Assembly: GCA_951406725.2 (NCBI GenBank)
Contig: OX597840.1
Span: forward strand, 29,388,001 to 29,452,000
Length of the DNA: 64,000 nt
Reading direction: 5' to 3'
From: Octopus vulgaris
Lineage: Eukaryota
The first letter of the stretch is position 1. Each line of letters opens with the position of its first letter. This document shows, piece by piece, positions 25,433 through 39,191 of this stretch. The position numbers and the translations under genes are program-made. Under the pieces are notes generated by a model. The model did no database searches. It was not told the origin of the DNA and saw nothing but the letters and a program-made list of their open reading frames with translations.

Positions 25433-26877
25433 TACAACATAGATAAGGTATTTGAGAGCATTCATTTTTTGGGTCATTGCTGCATTTTTTGCAAACTCTG
25501 TTTAATCTTTGTTTCAGAAAATAATAATGGTAGATCCTCATCTTACTCAAGAAATGAAGAGGCATGCTCTTACTGTGGTTATAAGAGTTGCTCATAGCGA
25601 TTTAGAAATATCTCGATTTTTAAATGTTGCCAGATCTTTCATCTACAAAGTTTCTAAGGAGCTAGAGACTGAAGATGGAAACATAACACCAGTATAAAAG
25701 CATAAGAAGCATTCTAAATGCTCTGAAATCATCAGAACACCTGAATTTATCCAGCAAGTTTCACAGGCCATTAATTACAATCCCAGAAAATCCATGAGAT
25801 CAATTGCAATAGATCTCCATGTGTCAGAAGGAACAGTCAGAAATGTTGTCCATGAAAACATTAGATGTAAATCTTATATGATGAGGAAAGGTCAGTTTGT
25901 CAGAAAAATCAAAAGAAAATCACTACATCAGATCTAAAAGTCTCTTAAACAAACTAAAAAATCCAGCAGAAGATTTGATTTGGTTTTTCTCAAGTGAGAA
26001 AAACTTCAAACAAGATCAAAAAGTTAACAGAAGAAATGACCGATGGTTATGTACAGACCCTTCTGAAGTTCCAAGTGTTATGCATACAAAATTTCCTGCA
26101 ACTGTCATGATTTTAGGGGTTATCAGCAATGAAGGACATGTGACGCCTCTTTACTTCTTTCCACAAAGCCTTAGAGTTAACTCTACTGCCTTCAGTGAGA
26201 TCCTGCAAATAATTGTTAAACCCTGGATACACAGTGTATGCAATGGAAGGCCATATCTGTTTCAGTAAGACTCTGCACTATCACACATGACTCTAGTAAC
26301 ACAGGAATGGATGGCTGAAAAGTTTCATGATCACATAACCCCTAACATTTGGACTCTTAATTCCCCAGATCTCAATTCATTGGACTATTACATGTGGAGC
26401 GTTGTTGAGAGAGTGGTCAATGAACACACCCATAATACCAAAGATACTGTGAAAACTGCCATAGTCAGAGTAATGTCCAAAATGAACCAAGACCACTTGT
26501 TTTGAACATGTAGATGATTTACATCTCATATAGAAGCAGTTATTGAAGCTGAAGGTTGCTTTATTGAATAACTTTATAGAAATGGAAGTTTATCTTTATC
26601 CTTATAGCATTTTTTGATAAATAAAGTTCTTCATCATCATCATCATCATCATCATCATCGTTTAACATCTGCTTTCCATGCTAGCATGGGTTGGACGATT
26701 TTGACTGAGGGCTGGCAAACCAGATGGCTGCACCAGGCTCCAATCTTGGTCTGACAGAGTTTCTACTGCTGAATGCCCTTCCTAATGCCAACCACTCTGG
26801 AAGTTATTATCTGTTATTATATATCTGCTTTTTTTATAGACATAAATCTACCCTCAAATATCATATGCACCCTGTAT
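25433..26877 (+). mobile_element. Tc1/mariner DD37D (maT-type) transposon, pseudogene
   Basis: IWFFSSEKNF, FQ*DSALSH..WTLNSPDLNSLDYYMW with 37 residues between the last two Asp; ends CACCCTG-TA; family-B insert at 26630-26800. Confidence 0.85.
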
Positions 26878-27039
26878 ATATATTCTTTTAGACAGACACA
26901 ATTTGCTTGGTTAAGCCTAAGTTGTTTGGTTCTTATTTGTAACTGTTGTCCCAGGTTCAAATCTAACTGCATCATTCCACTAAGCATTTTTGTTTATCAT
27001 AGTTTTAACATAGCCAGTAGTACATCACTGCCATTGCTG

Positions 27040-27087
<48 letters not shown>

Positions 27088-27159
27088 ATCTAATCATCAT
27101 TATTGTCATCAATATCATCAACGTCATCATTCTTCCCCTCTTTATAATCATCATCGTCA

Positions 27160-28830
27160 TCATATAGTGCCTATTTTCCATGCTGGCTTGGGTTAGACAG
27201 TTTAACTAGAACTGGAAACCCAGAGAGCTGCATCAAGCTTCACTCTGATTTGACATGATTTTCTATGGCTGGATGCCCTTCCTAATGCCAACCACTCCAT
27301 AGAGTGTACTGGGTGTCTTTTATCTATCACCAACATGGATGCCTTTATATGTCAAAGCATGGGTGCTTTTTACGTGCCACCGACATGGATCTCTTTTACA
27401 TGTCACTGGCATGGGTGCTTTTGCATGTTACCAGCATGGGTGCCTCTTATGTGACACTGGCACAAGTACCTTTTTACATGTCACCAGCACAGATGGCACT
27501 TATGTGTCACTGGCACAAGTGCCTTTTACGTGTCACCAGCACAGGTACCGCTCATGTGTCACTGGCACCTGTATCTTTTACATGTCACCAGTACAGGTGT
27601 CTCTCATGTGTCACTGGCACAGGTGCCTTTTACATATTACCAGCATAGGTGCCTCTTATGTGTCACGGGCACAAGTACCTTTTAGATGTCACCAGCACAG
27701 GTGTCACTTATGTGTCACAGGCACATGTGCCTTTCACATGTCACCACATGTCACATGTCACCAGCATACTTATGCATCACTGGCACAAGTACCTTTTACA
27801 TGCCATCAGCACAGGTGCCTCTTATGCGTCACTGGCACCTGTATCTTTTACATGTCACCAGTACAGGTGTCTCTCATGTGTCACTGGCACAGGTGCCTTT
27901 TACATATTACCAGCATAGGTGCCTCTTATGTGTCACGGGCACAAGTACCTTTTAGATGTCACCAGCACAGGTGTCACTTATGTGTCACAGGCACATGTGC
28001 CTTTCACATGTCACCACATGTCACATGTCACCAGCATACTTATGCATCACTGGCACAAGTACCTTTTACATGCCATCAGCACAGGTGCCTCTTATGCGTC
28101 ACTGGCACCTGTATCTTTTACATGTCACCAGTACAGGTGTCTCTCATGTGTCACTGGCACAGGTGCCTTTTACATATTACCAGCATAGGTGCCTCTTATG
28201 TGTCACGGGCACAAGTACCTTTTAGATGTCACCAGCACAGGTGTCACTTATGTGTCACAGGCACATGTGCCTTTCACATGTCACCACATGTCACATGTCA
28301 CCAGCATACTTATGCATCACTGGCACAAGTACCTTTTACATGCCATCAGCACAGGTGCCTCTTATGCGTCACTGGCACCTGTATCTTTTACATGTCACCA
28401 GTACAGGTGTCTCTCATGTGTCACTGGCACAGGTGCCTTTTACATATTACCAGCATAGGTGCCTCTTATGTGTCACGGGCACAAGTACCTTTTAGATGTC
28501 ACCAGCACAGGTGTCACTTATGTGTCACAGGCACATGTGCCTTTCACATGTCACCACATGTCACATGTCACCAGCATACTTATGCATCACTGGCACAAGT
28601 ACCTTTTACATGCCATCAGCACAGGTGCCTCTTATGCGTCACTGGCACCTGTATCTTTTACATGTCACCAGTACAGGTGTCTCTCATGTGTCACTGGCAC
28701 AGGTGCCTTTTATATGTCACCAGCACAGGCGCCTCACACATGTCACAAGCACAGGCCATGACTATGGTTTCACTAAACTTGACATGTCTTCTCAAGCACA
28801 GTAAATTGTCATGCTTAATTGGCAAAAGAT
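27160..28830 (-). mobile_element. RTE 3'UTR (family B) hosting a tandem expansion
   Basis: GGATGCCCTTCCTAATGCCAACCACTCC at 27271-27298 grades into the repeat. Confidence 0.7.
27558..28712. repeat. 270-bp tandem repeat, ~4.3 apparently identical copies, built from shorter GTGCCTTTTACATGTCACCAGCACAG-like subunits
   Basis: Identical ORFs start at 27649, 27919, 28189, 28459. Confidence 0.95.
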
Positions 28831-29087
28831 GACCATCCATACGTAGAACAATATATTTTCTTATTTTGCTAAAGAATTCTGTTTTTGTGAGCAAATTGTA
28901 AAATTTTCAGGTTGTCGATAGAATATTTTTTTATGTGTATTTTAACAGAATAACTGATATGATAATAAATGGTTATTTTATTGAACCCAGAGAATATTTT
29001 AATTTTTGTCAAAAAGAAAAAAGAGAATAAATTTGCAGTTAATAAACACTAATATTTTTATGGAGTTTATTATACAAATGTACGAAC

Positions 29088-29312
29088 CAGGTCACTTTTG
29101 AAAAGCAATTTTTTAGAAATATTATTTATTATCATAAATTTTTGTTCAGAAATTGTTTTCATTAGAAATAATCAAATGTTGAATATTCTTAGAAAAAAAT
29201 TTTAAGATAATTTGATTAATTTAAAACAATATTTAACAATTTATTATCATTTGTTAAATTTTGTAAATTTTATTGTTATTAAACATTTTTACACTTTTTC
29301 ATAAGTGACCTG
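29088..29312. mobile_element. Tc1/mariner-type MITE
   Basis: Inverted ends CAGGTCACTTTTGAAAAG / CTTTTTCATAAGTGACCTG-TA. Confidence 0.5.
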
Positions 29313-29446
29313 TATATATTAATAACCATTTGATACAAAATTGCAATAGATATTTTTCTTCGTTTTTTATTAAGACTATTTATGGATGAGAAAAATTACA
29401 GAAAATTAAGAAAAATTAAGGAAGAGCTAAAAATTGTTCAGAATTA

Positions 29447-29610
29447 GGCGCAGGAGTGGTTGTGTGGTAAGTAGCTTGCTAACCAACCACATGGTTCTGG
29501 GTTCAGTCCCACTGCATGGCATCTTGGTAAGTGTCTTCTGCTATAGCCCCAGGCTGACCAAATCCTTGCGAGTGGATTTGGTAGACGGAAACTGAAAGAA
29601 GCCTGTCGTA

Positions 29611-29669
<59 letters not shown>

Positions 29670-29886
29670 ATGTGTGTGTGTGTTTGTGTGTCTGTGTTTG
29701 TCCCCCTAGCATTGCTTGACAACCGATGCTGGTGTGTTTACATCCCCGTTACTTAGCGGTTCGGCAAAAGAGACCGATAGAATAAGTACTGGGTTTGCAA
29801 AGAATAAGTCCCGGGGTTGAATTGCTCGACTAAAGGCGGTGCTCCAGCATGGCCGCAGTCAAATGACTGAAACAAGTAAAAAGAGT
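29447..29886 (+). mobile_element. SINE family A
   Basis: Full length. Confidence 0.85.
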
Positions 29887-29939
29887 AATTAGTTTTATGA
29901 TGTCTTATGATTAATGATCAACTTAAGGAAGTAAGTTGT

Positions 29940-30560
29940 CAGACAAAATGCTCTTTATGTTTTTGGTTCAAATTCTGTGATGGTCGACTTTGCCTTTTAC
30001 CCTTTCAGGGTCAATGAAATAAATTACCAGCTGAATACTGAGAGCTATGTAACCGACCAGACCTCTCCCCTGAAATTGCTGGCCTTGTGCCAAAATTTGA
30101 AACCAATATTAGACATCACTTGAAGCAACAAGCTGGCAGAATTGTTAACACACCAGACGAAATGCTTAGTGGTATTTCGATTACCGTCACGTTCTGAGTT
30201 CAAATTCCGCTGAGGTTGACTTTGCCTTTCATCCTTTCGGGGTTGATAAATTAAGTACCAGTTATGCACTGGGGTCGATGTAATCAACTTAATTCCTTTG
30301 TCTGTTCTTGTTTGTCTCCTCTATGTTTATCCCCTTGTGGGTAGTAAAGAAATAAGAATTGTTAACATACCGGACGAAATGCTTAGTGGTATATTATCTG
30401 TCTTCACATTCTGAGTTCAAATTCTGTGAAGGTCGACTTTGCCTTTTACCCTTTCAGGGTCAATGAAATAAATTACCAGTTGAATGCTGGGATCTATGTA
30501 CTTGACTAGATTGCTCCACTGAAATTGCTGGCCTTGTGCCTGTAATGGAAAGGATTATTA
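29940..30560 (+). mobile_element. SINE family C, three adjacent copies
   Basis: GTCGACTTTGCCTTT..CCTTTC.GGGT repeated at ~29982, 30215, 30432. Confidence 0.7.
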
Positions 30561-30669
30561 GTCATAAACTTAAAGCATAATCTAAACACACACCTCAAAT
30601 GTAGTCCACCAGCTCAAAAAATTTTGTCGTTGAAGCTGACGTAAGATGTATTCTAAGACACTAGCTTAA

Positions 30670-30890
30670 CCCTTTAGTGTTCGCATTATTCTGCCAAAAT
30701 TAATCCTTTTTTATCCACATTGCTTTGAACTAATCATGCATTATCTTGTAGCTATGAGATTTTGATGAGGTAACTGTTAATTTTTAAAATGATATTGTAG
30801 GGTTGGTGTGAGAGACCAGATCTGGCCAGTTTGAACATAAAACAGGCAGAATACTTCTGGCCGGATATGGCCAGTTTAAATGCTAAAGGG
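30670..30890. mobile_element. piggyBac-type MITE (family 1)
   Basis: TTAA|CCCTTTAG..CTAAAGGG|TTAA. Confidence 0.8.
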
Positions 30891-31223
30891 TTAAAATGTA
30901 GTTTTAAACCCAGGCTGAAAACATAATCTTAACCTTTTAGCTTTTAAACTGGCCCAGTCTGGCTCAAATATTCTTCCTATTTTGTATCCAAACTGGACAG
31001 ATCCAACCTGCCAAACCTGCGCCACTAAGTTCTTCAAAAAATAAACAGTCACATTATTAAAGTCTCAAGGCTTTGAGATGTATAGTAGGCAGCTACCAGT
31101 CTTGAGAGGCCATAGATCTGTGCTCAAAGAAGGCATATCAGCTTCTGATGATGGCGCAGCATCTGCTGTGGCTGTGGGGGCTCACACGGGTGTGGCGGTC
31201 ATGTGTACAGTGACTGCATTTAA

Positions 31224-31444
31224 CCCTTTAGCATTTAAACCGGCCATATCTGGCCAAAAATATTCTACCTGTTTTATGTTCAAACTAGCCCTATCTGGTC
31301 TCTCACACCAACCCTACAATATTGTTTTAAAAATTAACAGCTACCTCATTAAAATCTCATAGCTACAAGATAATGCATGATTATTTCAAAGCAATGTGGA
31401 TAAGAAAGGGATTATTTTGGCAGAATAATGTGAACACTAAAGGG
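31224..31444. mobile_element. piggyBac-type MITE (family 1), inverted relative to 30670
   Basis: TTAA|CCCTTTAG..CTAAAGGG|TTAA; further partial copies at 30928-31080, 31780-31990, 5370-5565. Confidence 0.8.
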
Positions 31445-32004
31445 TTAAAGAAGCTCTCTGTCAGGGCTACAAGATTTTCCTTCCATCAAGTGCTCTTTTC
31501 TTTGGAGGCAAGTTCCTGTTTTTCTTCCCTTTACTTCATCTCCTTTTGCAGTACGATAATGCACGACTAATTCAAAATAATGTAAATAAATAAGATTTAC
31601 ATTTGGTGTTAGGAAGGGCATCCAGCCATAGAAACTCTGCCAGATCAGATTGGAGCCTGGTGCAGCCATCTGTTTCGCCAGCCCTCAGTCAAAATCGTCC
31701 AACCCATGCTAGCATGGAAAGAAGATGTTAAACGATGATGATGATGATGATTTGACAGAATAATCTGAATGCTAAAGGATTAACTTAGCCATATTTGGCC
31801 CAAATACTTTCCCTGTTTTGTGTTTAAACTGGCCAGATCCAGCCTTTCACACCTACCTTACAATATCATTCTTAAAATATATAATCACATCATCAAAATC
31901 TTGAAGCTATGACATAATCCATGGTTGATTCAAAACATGAGTAGATAAGCATTAGATTTGATGGAGTAATCTGAATGCTAAGGAGTTAAACATTAACTAT
32001 TAAT

Positions 32005-33315
32005 TGTAGACACCAATTTACAATATAATCTTAGATATTCGCCTTAAAACATATTTCTTGACATGAACTTAAAATGCAATTTTAAACACCATCCAAAACT
32101 TAGTATTAAGGCACCAACTTAAAGTGTAGTCTCAGACACAATCTTAAAACATAATCTTAGGTACTAAATTAAAACAGAGTTTTAGATATCCTCTTCAGAC
32201 ATTGTCCTTGACACCGTCTTAAAACATAATTTTAAGGCACCAACTTAAAATGTGGTTTTAAGACACCAACTTAAAATGCAGTCTTAGAGATCATCTTAAA
32301 ACATAGTCCTTGACACCATCTTAAAACGTGGTTTTAAGACACTGACTTAAAGTGTAGTTTTAAGACACCAACTTAAAATGCAGTCTTAGATATCATCTTA
32401 AAACATAGTCCTTGACTCCATCTTAAAAGGTGGTTTTAAGACACCAACTTAAAATGTGGTTTTAAGACACTGACTTAAGCTGCAATCTTAGATATCATCT
32501 TAAAACATAGTCCTTGACACCATCTTAAAACGTAGTTTTAAGACACTGACTTAAAATGTAGTTTTAAGACACCAACTCAAAATGTAATATTAAATATCAT
32601 CTTAAAACATAGTCCTTGACACCATCTTAAAACATGTTTTTAAGACATTGACTTAAAATGCAATCTTAGATATCATCTTAAAACATAGTCCTTGACTACA
32701 TCTTAAAACGTGGTTTTAAGACACTGATTTAAAATATAGTTTTACGTGACTGACTTAAAATGTAGTCAGATATAGTCTTAAAACAGTCATTGACACCACT
32801 TAAAACACAGTTTTAAGAAACCAACTTAAAATGCAGTCTTAGATATCATCTTAAAACATAGTCCTTGACACCATCTTAAAACGTGGTTTTAAGACACGGA
32901 TTTAAAATGTAGTTTTAAGAGACTGACTTAAGATGTAGTCAGATATAATCTTAAAACAGTCATTGACACCAACTTAAAACACAGTTTTAAGACACCATGT
33001 TAAAATGCAATCTTAGATATCATCTTAAAACATAGTCCTTGACTCCAACTTAAAGCGTGGTTTTAAGACACTGACTTAAAATGTAGTTTTAAGAGACTAA
33101 CTTAAAATGTAGTCAGATATAGTCTTAAAACAGTCATTGACACCACTTAAAACACAGTTTTAAGACACCTACTTAAAATGTAGTTTAAGTGACAGACTTA
33201 AAATATAGTCTTAGATGACAACTTAAAAATGCAGTCTTAGGTATGAACTTAAAGTATAGTCTAGACATGATCTTAAAACAGTCTTAGACACCAACTTAAA
33301 ACGTAGTCTAAGACA
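32005..33315. repeat. 25/26-bp minisatellite with ~102-bp 4-mer higher-order period
   Basis: TCATCTTAAAACATAGTCC recurs at 32291, 32393, 32495, 32597. Confidence 0.9.
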
Positions 33316-33781
33316 ATTGCGTAGAGAGGATAGGCTGGTCTTTGCTAGAATGATTTTGATCAAAGTGTTCACTCATTCATGTTTAACCCAGGACTAATCA
33401 ACAACATCCATCTATACAGACTGCCTCTTGTTCTACAGACTGACTCTGTCTTCTTCTCTGCAAGAAATATTCTTAAGCCAATGAGATATATTTTCCATGC
33501 GGTTGAGCAAAAATTGGGGAAAAAACAAAACAAAATAATAATAATAAGACTCAAAAGAAGATCATTGATTTAATATTGATAGCGAATTGCTCTTCTGTGA
33601 GCGAAGATTATGAATTTAGTGGCTTTCGTTTGTGCATTTTGTTTTGTTTTGTGTGTTTTTTTTCTTCTCTTTTTGTCTATATTTCGAGTAGATGAGGCAA
33701 AAGTTACTCAACACGCATGGCTTATCTATTTCTCCTATCTGGTCAATATTATACAATGAGAGACCATTATTTTATTGGGAT

Positions 33782-33792
33782 TGATGACGGTA

Positions 33793-33824
<32 letters not shown>

Positions 33825-33854
33825 AATGACGATGACGACGACGACGACGACGAC

Positions 33855-33898
<44 letters not shown>

Positions 33899-34162
33899 CC
33901 ACAATGATAACGACAATGACGACAACGATGATGATGATGATGGTAGTGATGGTGATGACGAGAACAAAGATGACAACAATAATGGTGATGGTGATGATGC
34001 TGATGACGATGGCGATGATGGTGATGATGATGATGAGGATGATGATTATAAGAACGACATCGACAATGATGATGGTGATGATGATGATGATGATGCTGAT
34101 GCCAATGATGATGACAGTGATTATGACAATGATGGGGATAATGATGATGATGATGATGATGA
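33782..34162. repeat. Degenerate (GAT)n microsatellite
   Basis: Direct. Confidence 0.95.
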
Positions 34163-34235
34163 TCTTTTCCGAATTCAGTGAAAGAGGGTGTGCTGGCTTC
34201 TATATAGTTTTTCAAACTACAAGCAATCAAATATG

Positions 34236-34288
<53 letters not shown>

Positions 34289-34341
34289 AATATATATACC
34301 AATAACACACACAGAAACACACATATCTATATATATGTTCA

Positions 34342-34406
<65 letters not shown>

Positions 34407-34490
34407 ATACATATACATATACATATAGGTATGTAAATATGTATAGATATCTATATATAAAAGATATACACTCACACACACGCATACATA

Positions 34491-34533
<43 letters not shown>

Positions 34534-34657
34534 ATGTATGTATATATATATATATATATATAACATATACATATCATCATCATCATCATCATCATTTAAC
34601 GTCATGAAAACGGACGTTAAACGATGATGATGATGATGATGATATGTATATGTTATA

Positions 34658-34698
<41 letters not shown>

Positions 34699-34768
34699 TA
34701 TGATTTTGTAACTACAAAACAGACCGTTCTTTAATCCGCACAAAAATATTTTGCTACGTATTTGGTAA

Positions 34769-34819
<51 letters not shown>

Positions 34820-35204
34820 TGGTGCATGTATATATAAATATGTACATATTTATGCATCTAAGCACACACTTGCAATATGCATGTGGTGGTGGTGTTGGTG
34901 GTGGTGGTGAGGGTAAAGAACGATAGGTGAACATAACGTTATGATGAAATAACTCCAGATATAATCTCTATTATGTGTTTTCATCTCATAAAATTGATTT
35001 GTTCCGTAGGCATTCTTCCATTGCTGTAACGATTTCCACTCTTACCAACATAAAAGAAATTATCGAAAGACACACACATGCATAGATGCGTATGTGTGTG
35101 TGTATACGCATACATAGATGCATATATATATATACACATACATATATATATGTATGTGTATATATATATATATTATTACATACAGACACTTATATATGTA
35201 TATA

Positions 35205-35247
<43 letters not shown>

Positions 35248-35684
35248 CTATCTATCTCTCTATTTATCTATCTATCTATCTATCTATATATATATATATA
35301 CATATACACCCACAGATTTATATATATGTGAATGTATCCATACATATGTGTTTATATACACTTATATATGTGCATATATATGTATGTATGTATGTATATA
35401 TAGGAGTGCGTGTGCATATAATGACGTCATTGACAATCCCCTCATGATCAATAGCGGTTCTCCGGTGGATGATTTAACTTCTGTGGAATTGCATGTGTTT
35501 ATATAGGCCAATGCAGTTATCAACAGGCTGGGTATTTGCTAGACATATATATATATTTATATACATTTAAGTAAAGGCACACGACCTGGTCTAGTGGTTA
35601 GGGTGCTGCATTGATGATTGCTGGGTCATGCGTTCAATTCTTGGATGAGGAGGCATGTTGCGTTTTTGAGCCAAAAAATCGCTT

Positions 35685-35977
35685 CTCTTTACTCTTTTAC
35701 TCTTTTACTTGTTTCAGTTATTTCACTGCAGCCATGCTGGAGCACCACCTTTAATCAAGCAACTCGACCCCAAGACTTATTCTTTGTAAGCCTAGTACTT
35801 ATTCTATCGGTCTCTTTTGCTGAACCGCTAAGTGACGAGGACATAAAAACACCAGCATCAATTGTCAAGCAATGCTAGGGGGACAAACACAGACACACAA
35901 ACATACACGCACACACACACACATATATATATATACATATATATGACGGGCTTCTTTCAGTTTTCGTCTACCAAATC
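35685..35977 (-). mobile_element. SINE family A, 5'-truncated at the U6 fragment
   Basis: Family A sequence stops at CCAAATC. Confidence 0.8.
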
Positions 35978-36005
35978 AAAAATATGGAACGATTCACGAA
36001 TTTGC
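35978..36005 (-). pseudogene. U6 snRNA 3'-terminal fragment
   Basis: GCAAATTCGTGAATCGTTCCATATTTTT vs U6 3' end GCAAATTCGTGAAGCGTTCCATATTTTT (1 mismatch, U6 recalled from memory). Confidence 0.8.
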
Positions 36006-36409
36006 TTTGTTTTACATTGGTCTAGGGCTGTGTGGGAGCCAGCATGTTGAAGAATAGGTTCAATATTTTCTGGGAGTGTAGTAAAAGGCGCCTAAAAGAG
36101 TTTGACATAGGATTTGCAGTCTGACCTCATAAAAATTTAGCAAGCAGTGACCACCCATACAGACTCATGAGTTGGAAGGTTGTTGCCTGAGCGTTGCAAA
36201 GATGTCATCTGCCAGTAGTAGAGAATCACTAACAAATGGTAAATTGCAGTGGTATGCTGTTTCAGAGCGTACCTCCATACCACTATGATATATATGGTTC
36301 CAGGTTCAGTCCCACTCTCAATACCTTGGGCAAGTGTCTTCTATGATAGCCTGGAGGTGACCAATGCCTTGTGAATGGAATTGGCGGACAAAAGCTGAAA
36401 GAGCCCATC

Positions 36410-36488
<79 letters not shown>

Positions 36489-36636
36489 CAGATATATATA
36501 TATATATATATATATGTAGTGGCGGTTTATTTCTTTATATTAAAAATATTTATGTATTGATTAAGTCTTTCCTTGTTTGTTTTGCAAAATAGTGGTTTTG
36601 TCTCGAATTAATATTATATATATATATATATATATA

Positions 36637-36780
36637 GGAGAGTTTACGAAAAAGACAAAAGATGAAGACAGGTGGTGTACAAAACAAACAGATGTATTAG
36701 TATAGCGCTCAGGAATAGAAAAAGTCTTTTACATTTCGAGCCTACGCTCTTCTACAGAAAGGAACACAGAAAAAAGATAT
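36637..36780 (-). mobile_element. PLE pseudo-LTR fragment with minimal hammerhead variant at 36725-36761
   Basis: CUUU CUGUAGA A GAGC GUAG GCUC GAA AUGU A AAAG; same strand as, and downstream of, the PLE RT. Confidence 0.6.
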
Positions 36781-36949
36781 ATATATATATTTGGATGAAG
36801 ATAAGGAGATAGATAAAAATTGTGGCTAAATTACCATCTCATGACCCCAACTGTGATCCACTTCTGCCACTCCAAAATTGTGGTTGTTTTCTTTCTAAGT
36901 TTATTCTGCTACAGTAGTAGCAGCATGGAATTCTTTCATTCTGTAGCTC

Positions 36950-37830
36950 TGACGAAATATCTGCTACAAATTATTATAGAATATCCTTTGTATTGAAATT
37001 TTGTATTTTTGCAATTTGAGTGGATATTTCTGTTCTAGTAGGAAGTTTATAAGTTCATTTAGTCTTATTTGGCGTGTTTGTGAGTTGGTTATTATGCTGC
37101 ATATGCGTCTTGCCATACTATATGGGATGTTTCTTTTTATGTGGGATGGGTGGCAGGAGTAGAAATTTAAATATTGGAGTGTGTAATCTTTTTTTGTAGT
37201 AGATGTCTGTTGTGACGATGGAGTTGTGTATCTTGATGTTGATGTCCAGGAATGAAAGTTCGTTGTGGCTGATATCTATCGTGAAGTTGATAGATGGGTG
37301 CAGTGTGTTGAGGATGTTGTGGAATGTTCGTAGATCTTCTGATCTGTTCCAAAAGATGAAATAGTCATTGAGGTAGAGTTTCCACTTTTTCTTGATGTCT
37401 TCTCTGAAGTCGTATTCGAAGACTTTCCCTATTTCATCTTATAGTTTGTTCTCAAGGAAACCCATCACCAAGTTGGCATATGAAGGTACGAATTTCGTAC
37501 CCATAGCCATGCCCTTTATCTGTCGGTATGTCTTGTTGTTGAATGGGAATGTGTTTTTTTCAAGTATTAATTGGTGGCTTTGGTGATAAAGTCAGTTTTG
37601 AATTGTTTGGTGCCCCAGCATGGCCACAGCTCATAAGCTGAAACTAGAATCAATCAATCAATCAATCTATGAGTTCCCTGTATTTTTCTACCCATTGTTT
37701 TATCGCTTCCAGACCCAGGGTGTGTGGTATGTTCGTGTATAAATGTGTGACATCGAAACTTGCTTTATGATGTTTTCCGGAACCATATTTGGAATGTGTG
37801 TAAGGAAGTCTGTCATCCCTTATGTAGGTT
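36950..37830 (-). mobile_element. Penelope-like RT core, decayed
   Basis: SFDVTHLYTNIPH, YRQIKGMAMGTKFVPSYANLVMGFLE, WKLYLNDYF (YxDD), TDIYYK, SCHPSHIKRNIPYSMARRI. Confidence 0.9.
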
Positions 37831-38345
37831 GGTATCAGTGTGGATAAAGATGGGAAGAAAACAACCACCACAGACAAAACAACACCTACAGACCATATAG
37901 ACCACTCCTACCTCTACAAGAAAACCTAAGACTTGAAAATGGAATTTGGAGATGCAACAACACAGCCCCTTTTTTAGGGAATGGATACTTAACAACAACA
38001 AAATGTATTGTGTGCTTTTTATGTGACACCATCATCAGAGCTTCTTATGTGGTACCAGCATCCAACACAGTTCCTTCAAACTGAACATAATGGCAGAATA
38101 TCTCTTCCATTTTGGTAAAAGTTTCTTCTTGTCCTTTATTGAAGGCAAATATGGAATTTATTGCTAATTAGAATTCTCGTAAAATGTTAAAGTTTACAAT
38201 ATTTTATCATTTCTGTTATGTCAATATTGGCTCGAATAAATATGATGTGAATATATTCAACATTGTTAAACACACACTTGTTTATATTATACATATGTGT
38301 GTGTGTGTGTATGCTTATATATACATATATATATATATATACATG

Positions 38346-38425
<80 letters not shown>

Positions 38426-38504
38426 TAAAACGGTAAGATAACAAAAGAAAGAAAGAGACCTCAATATTGTGTAAATAGAAGAAATTTATGTATGTATGTA
38501 TGTA

Positions 38505-38555
<51 letters not shown>

Positions 38556-38678
38556 CACACACATACACACATATATATACATATATATATATATATACAT
38601 AAATATATATAGATACATATACTTATATATACATATATATTTAAATATTTATAAATACATATACTTATACATACATAC

Positions 38679-38716
<38 letters not shown>

Positions 38717-38742
38717 TATATATATACTCATATACATATATA

Positions 38743-38789
<47 letters not shown>

Positions 38790-39191
38790 GTATACATACA
38801 TATATATAGATATATATATATATATACACACACACACATGCATGCACACACAGATCTCATGATCATGGGTCCAGCACGCTAACCACTAAGCCAATAACGC
38901 AATAATGATGTCGCTAGTTGTAGTCTCAATAGACTATTGAATGAAAAACTATTCTCTGCAAAAAGCTGTTTAGTAGTTAAGATCAGCTCCAGATAAACTG
39001 CAGTTCTTTAATTCATAGACAGCAAAGTTCTGGAACTTTCCGTAATGCCATTATTTACTTTTTTCTGATATCTTTGTTGAAATGCACAGACCACATTGTA
39101 AATGAGTTAGTACTGAAATAATGGGAATTTGTTGAGTTTTCTTTTGTAATTAATACAGATCCCGGTCTGGAATTTAGGGGCTGTATCATCA

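Noticed and set aside
27339-28832. 497-aa ORF as a real protein gene
   Set aside because: Entirely a 270-bp tandem repeat derived from a LINE 3'UTR; kept only as a finding
32005-33315. CRISPR-like array of short palindromic repeats
   Set aside because: No unique spacers, no cas genes, eukaryotic context
34574-34642. Small palindrome (CAT)n-TTTAACGTC..GACGTTAAAC-(GAT)n
   Set aside because: Two opposed family B tails with the interior deleted, not a distinct element
35422-35515. TGACGTCA and CCAAT as a promoter
   Set aside because: Short motifs expected by chance; no linked gene
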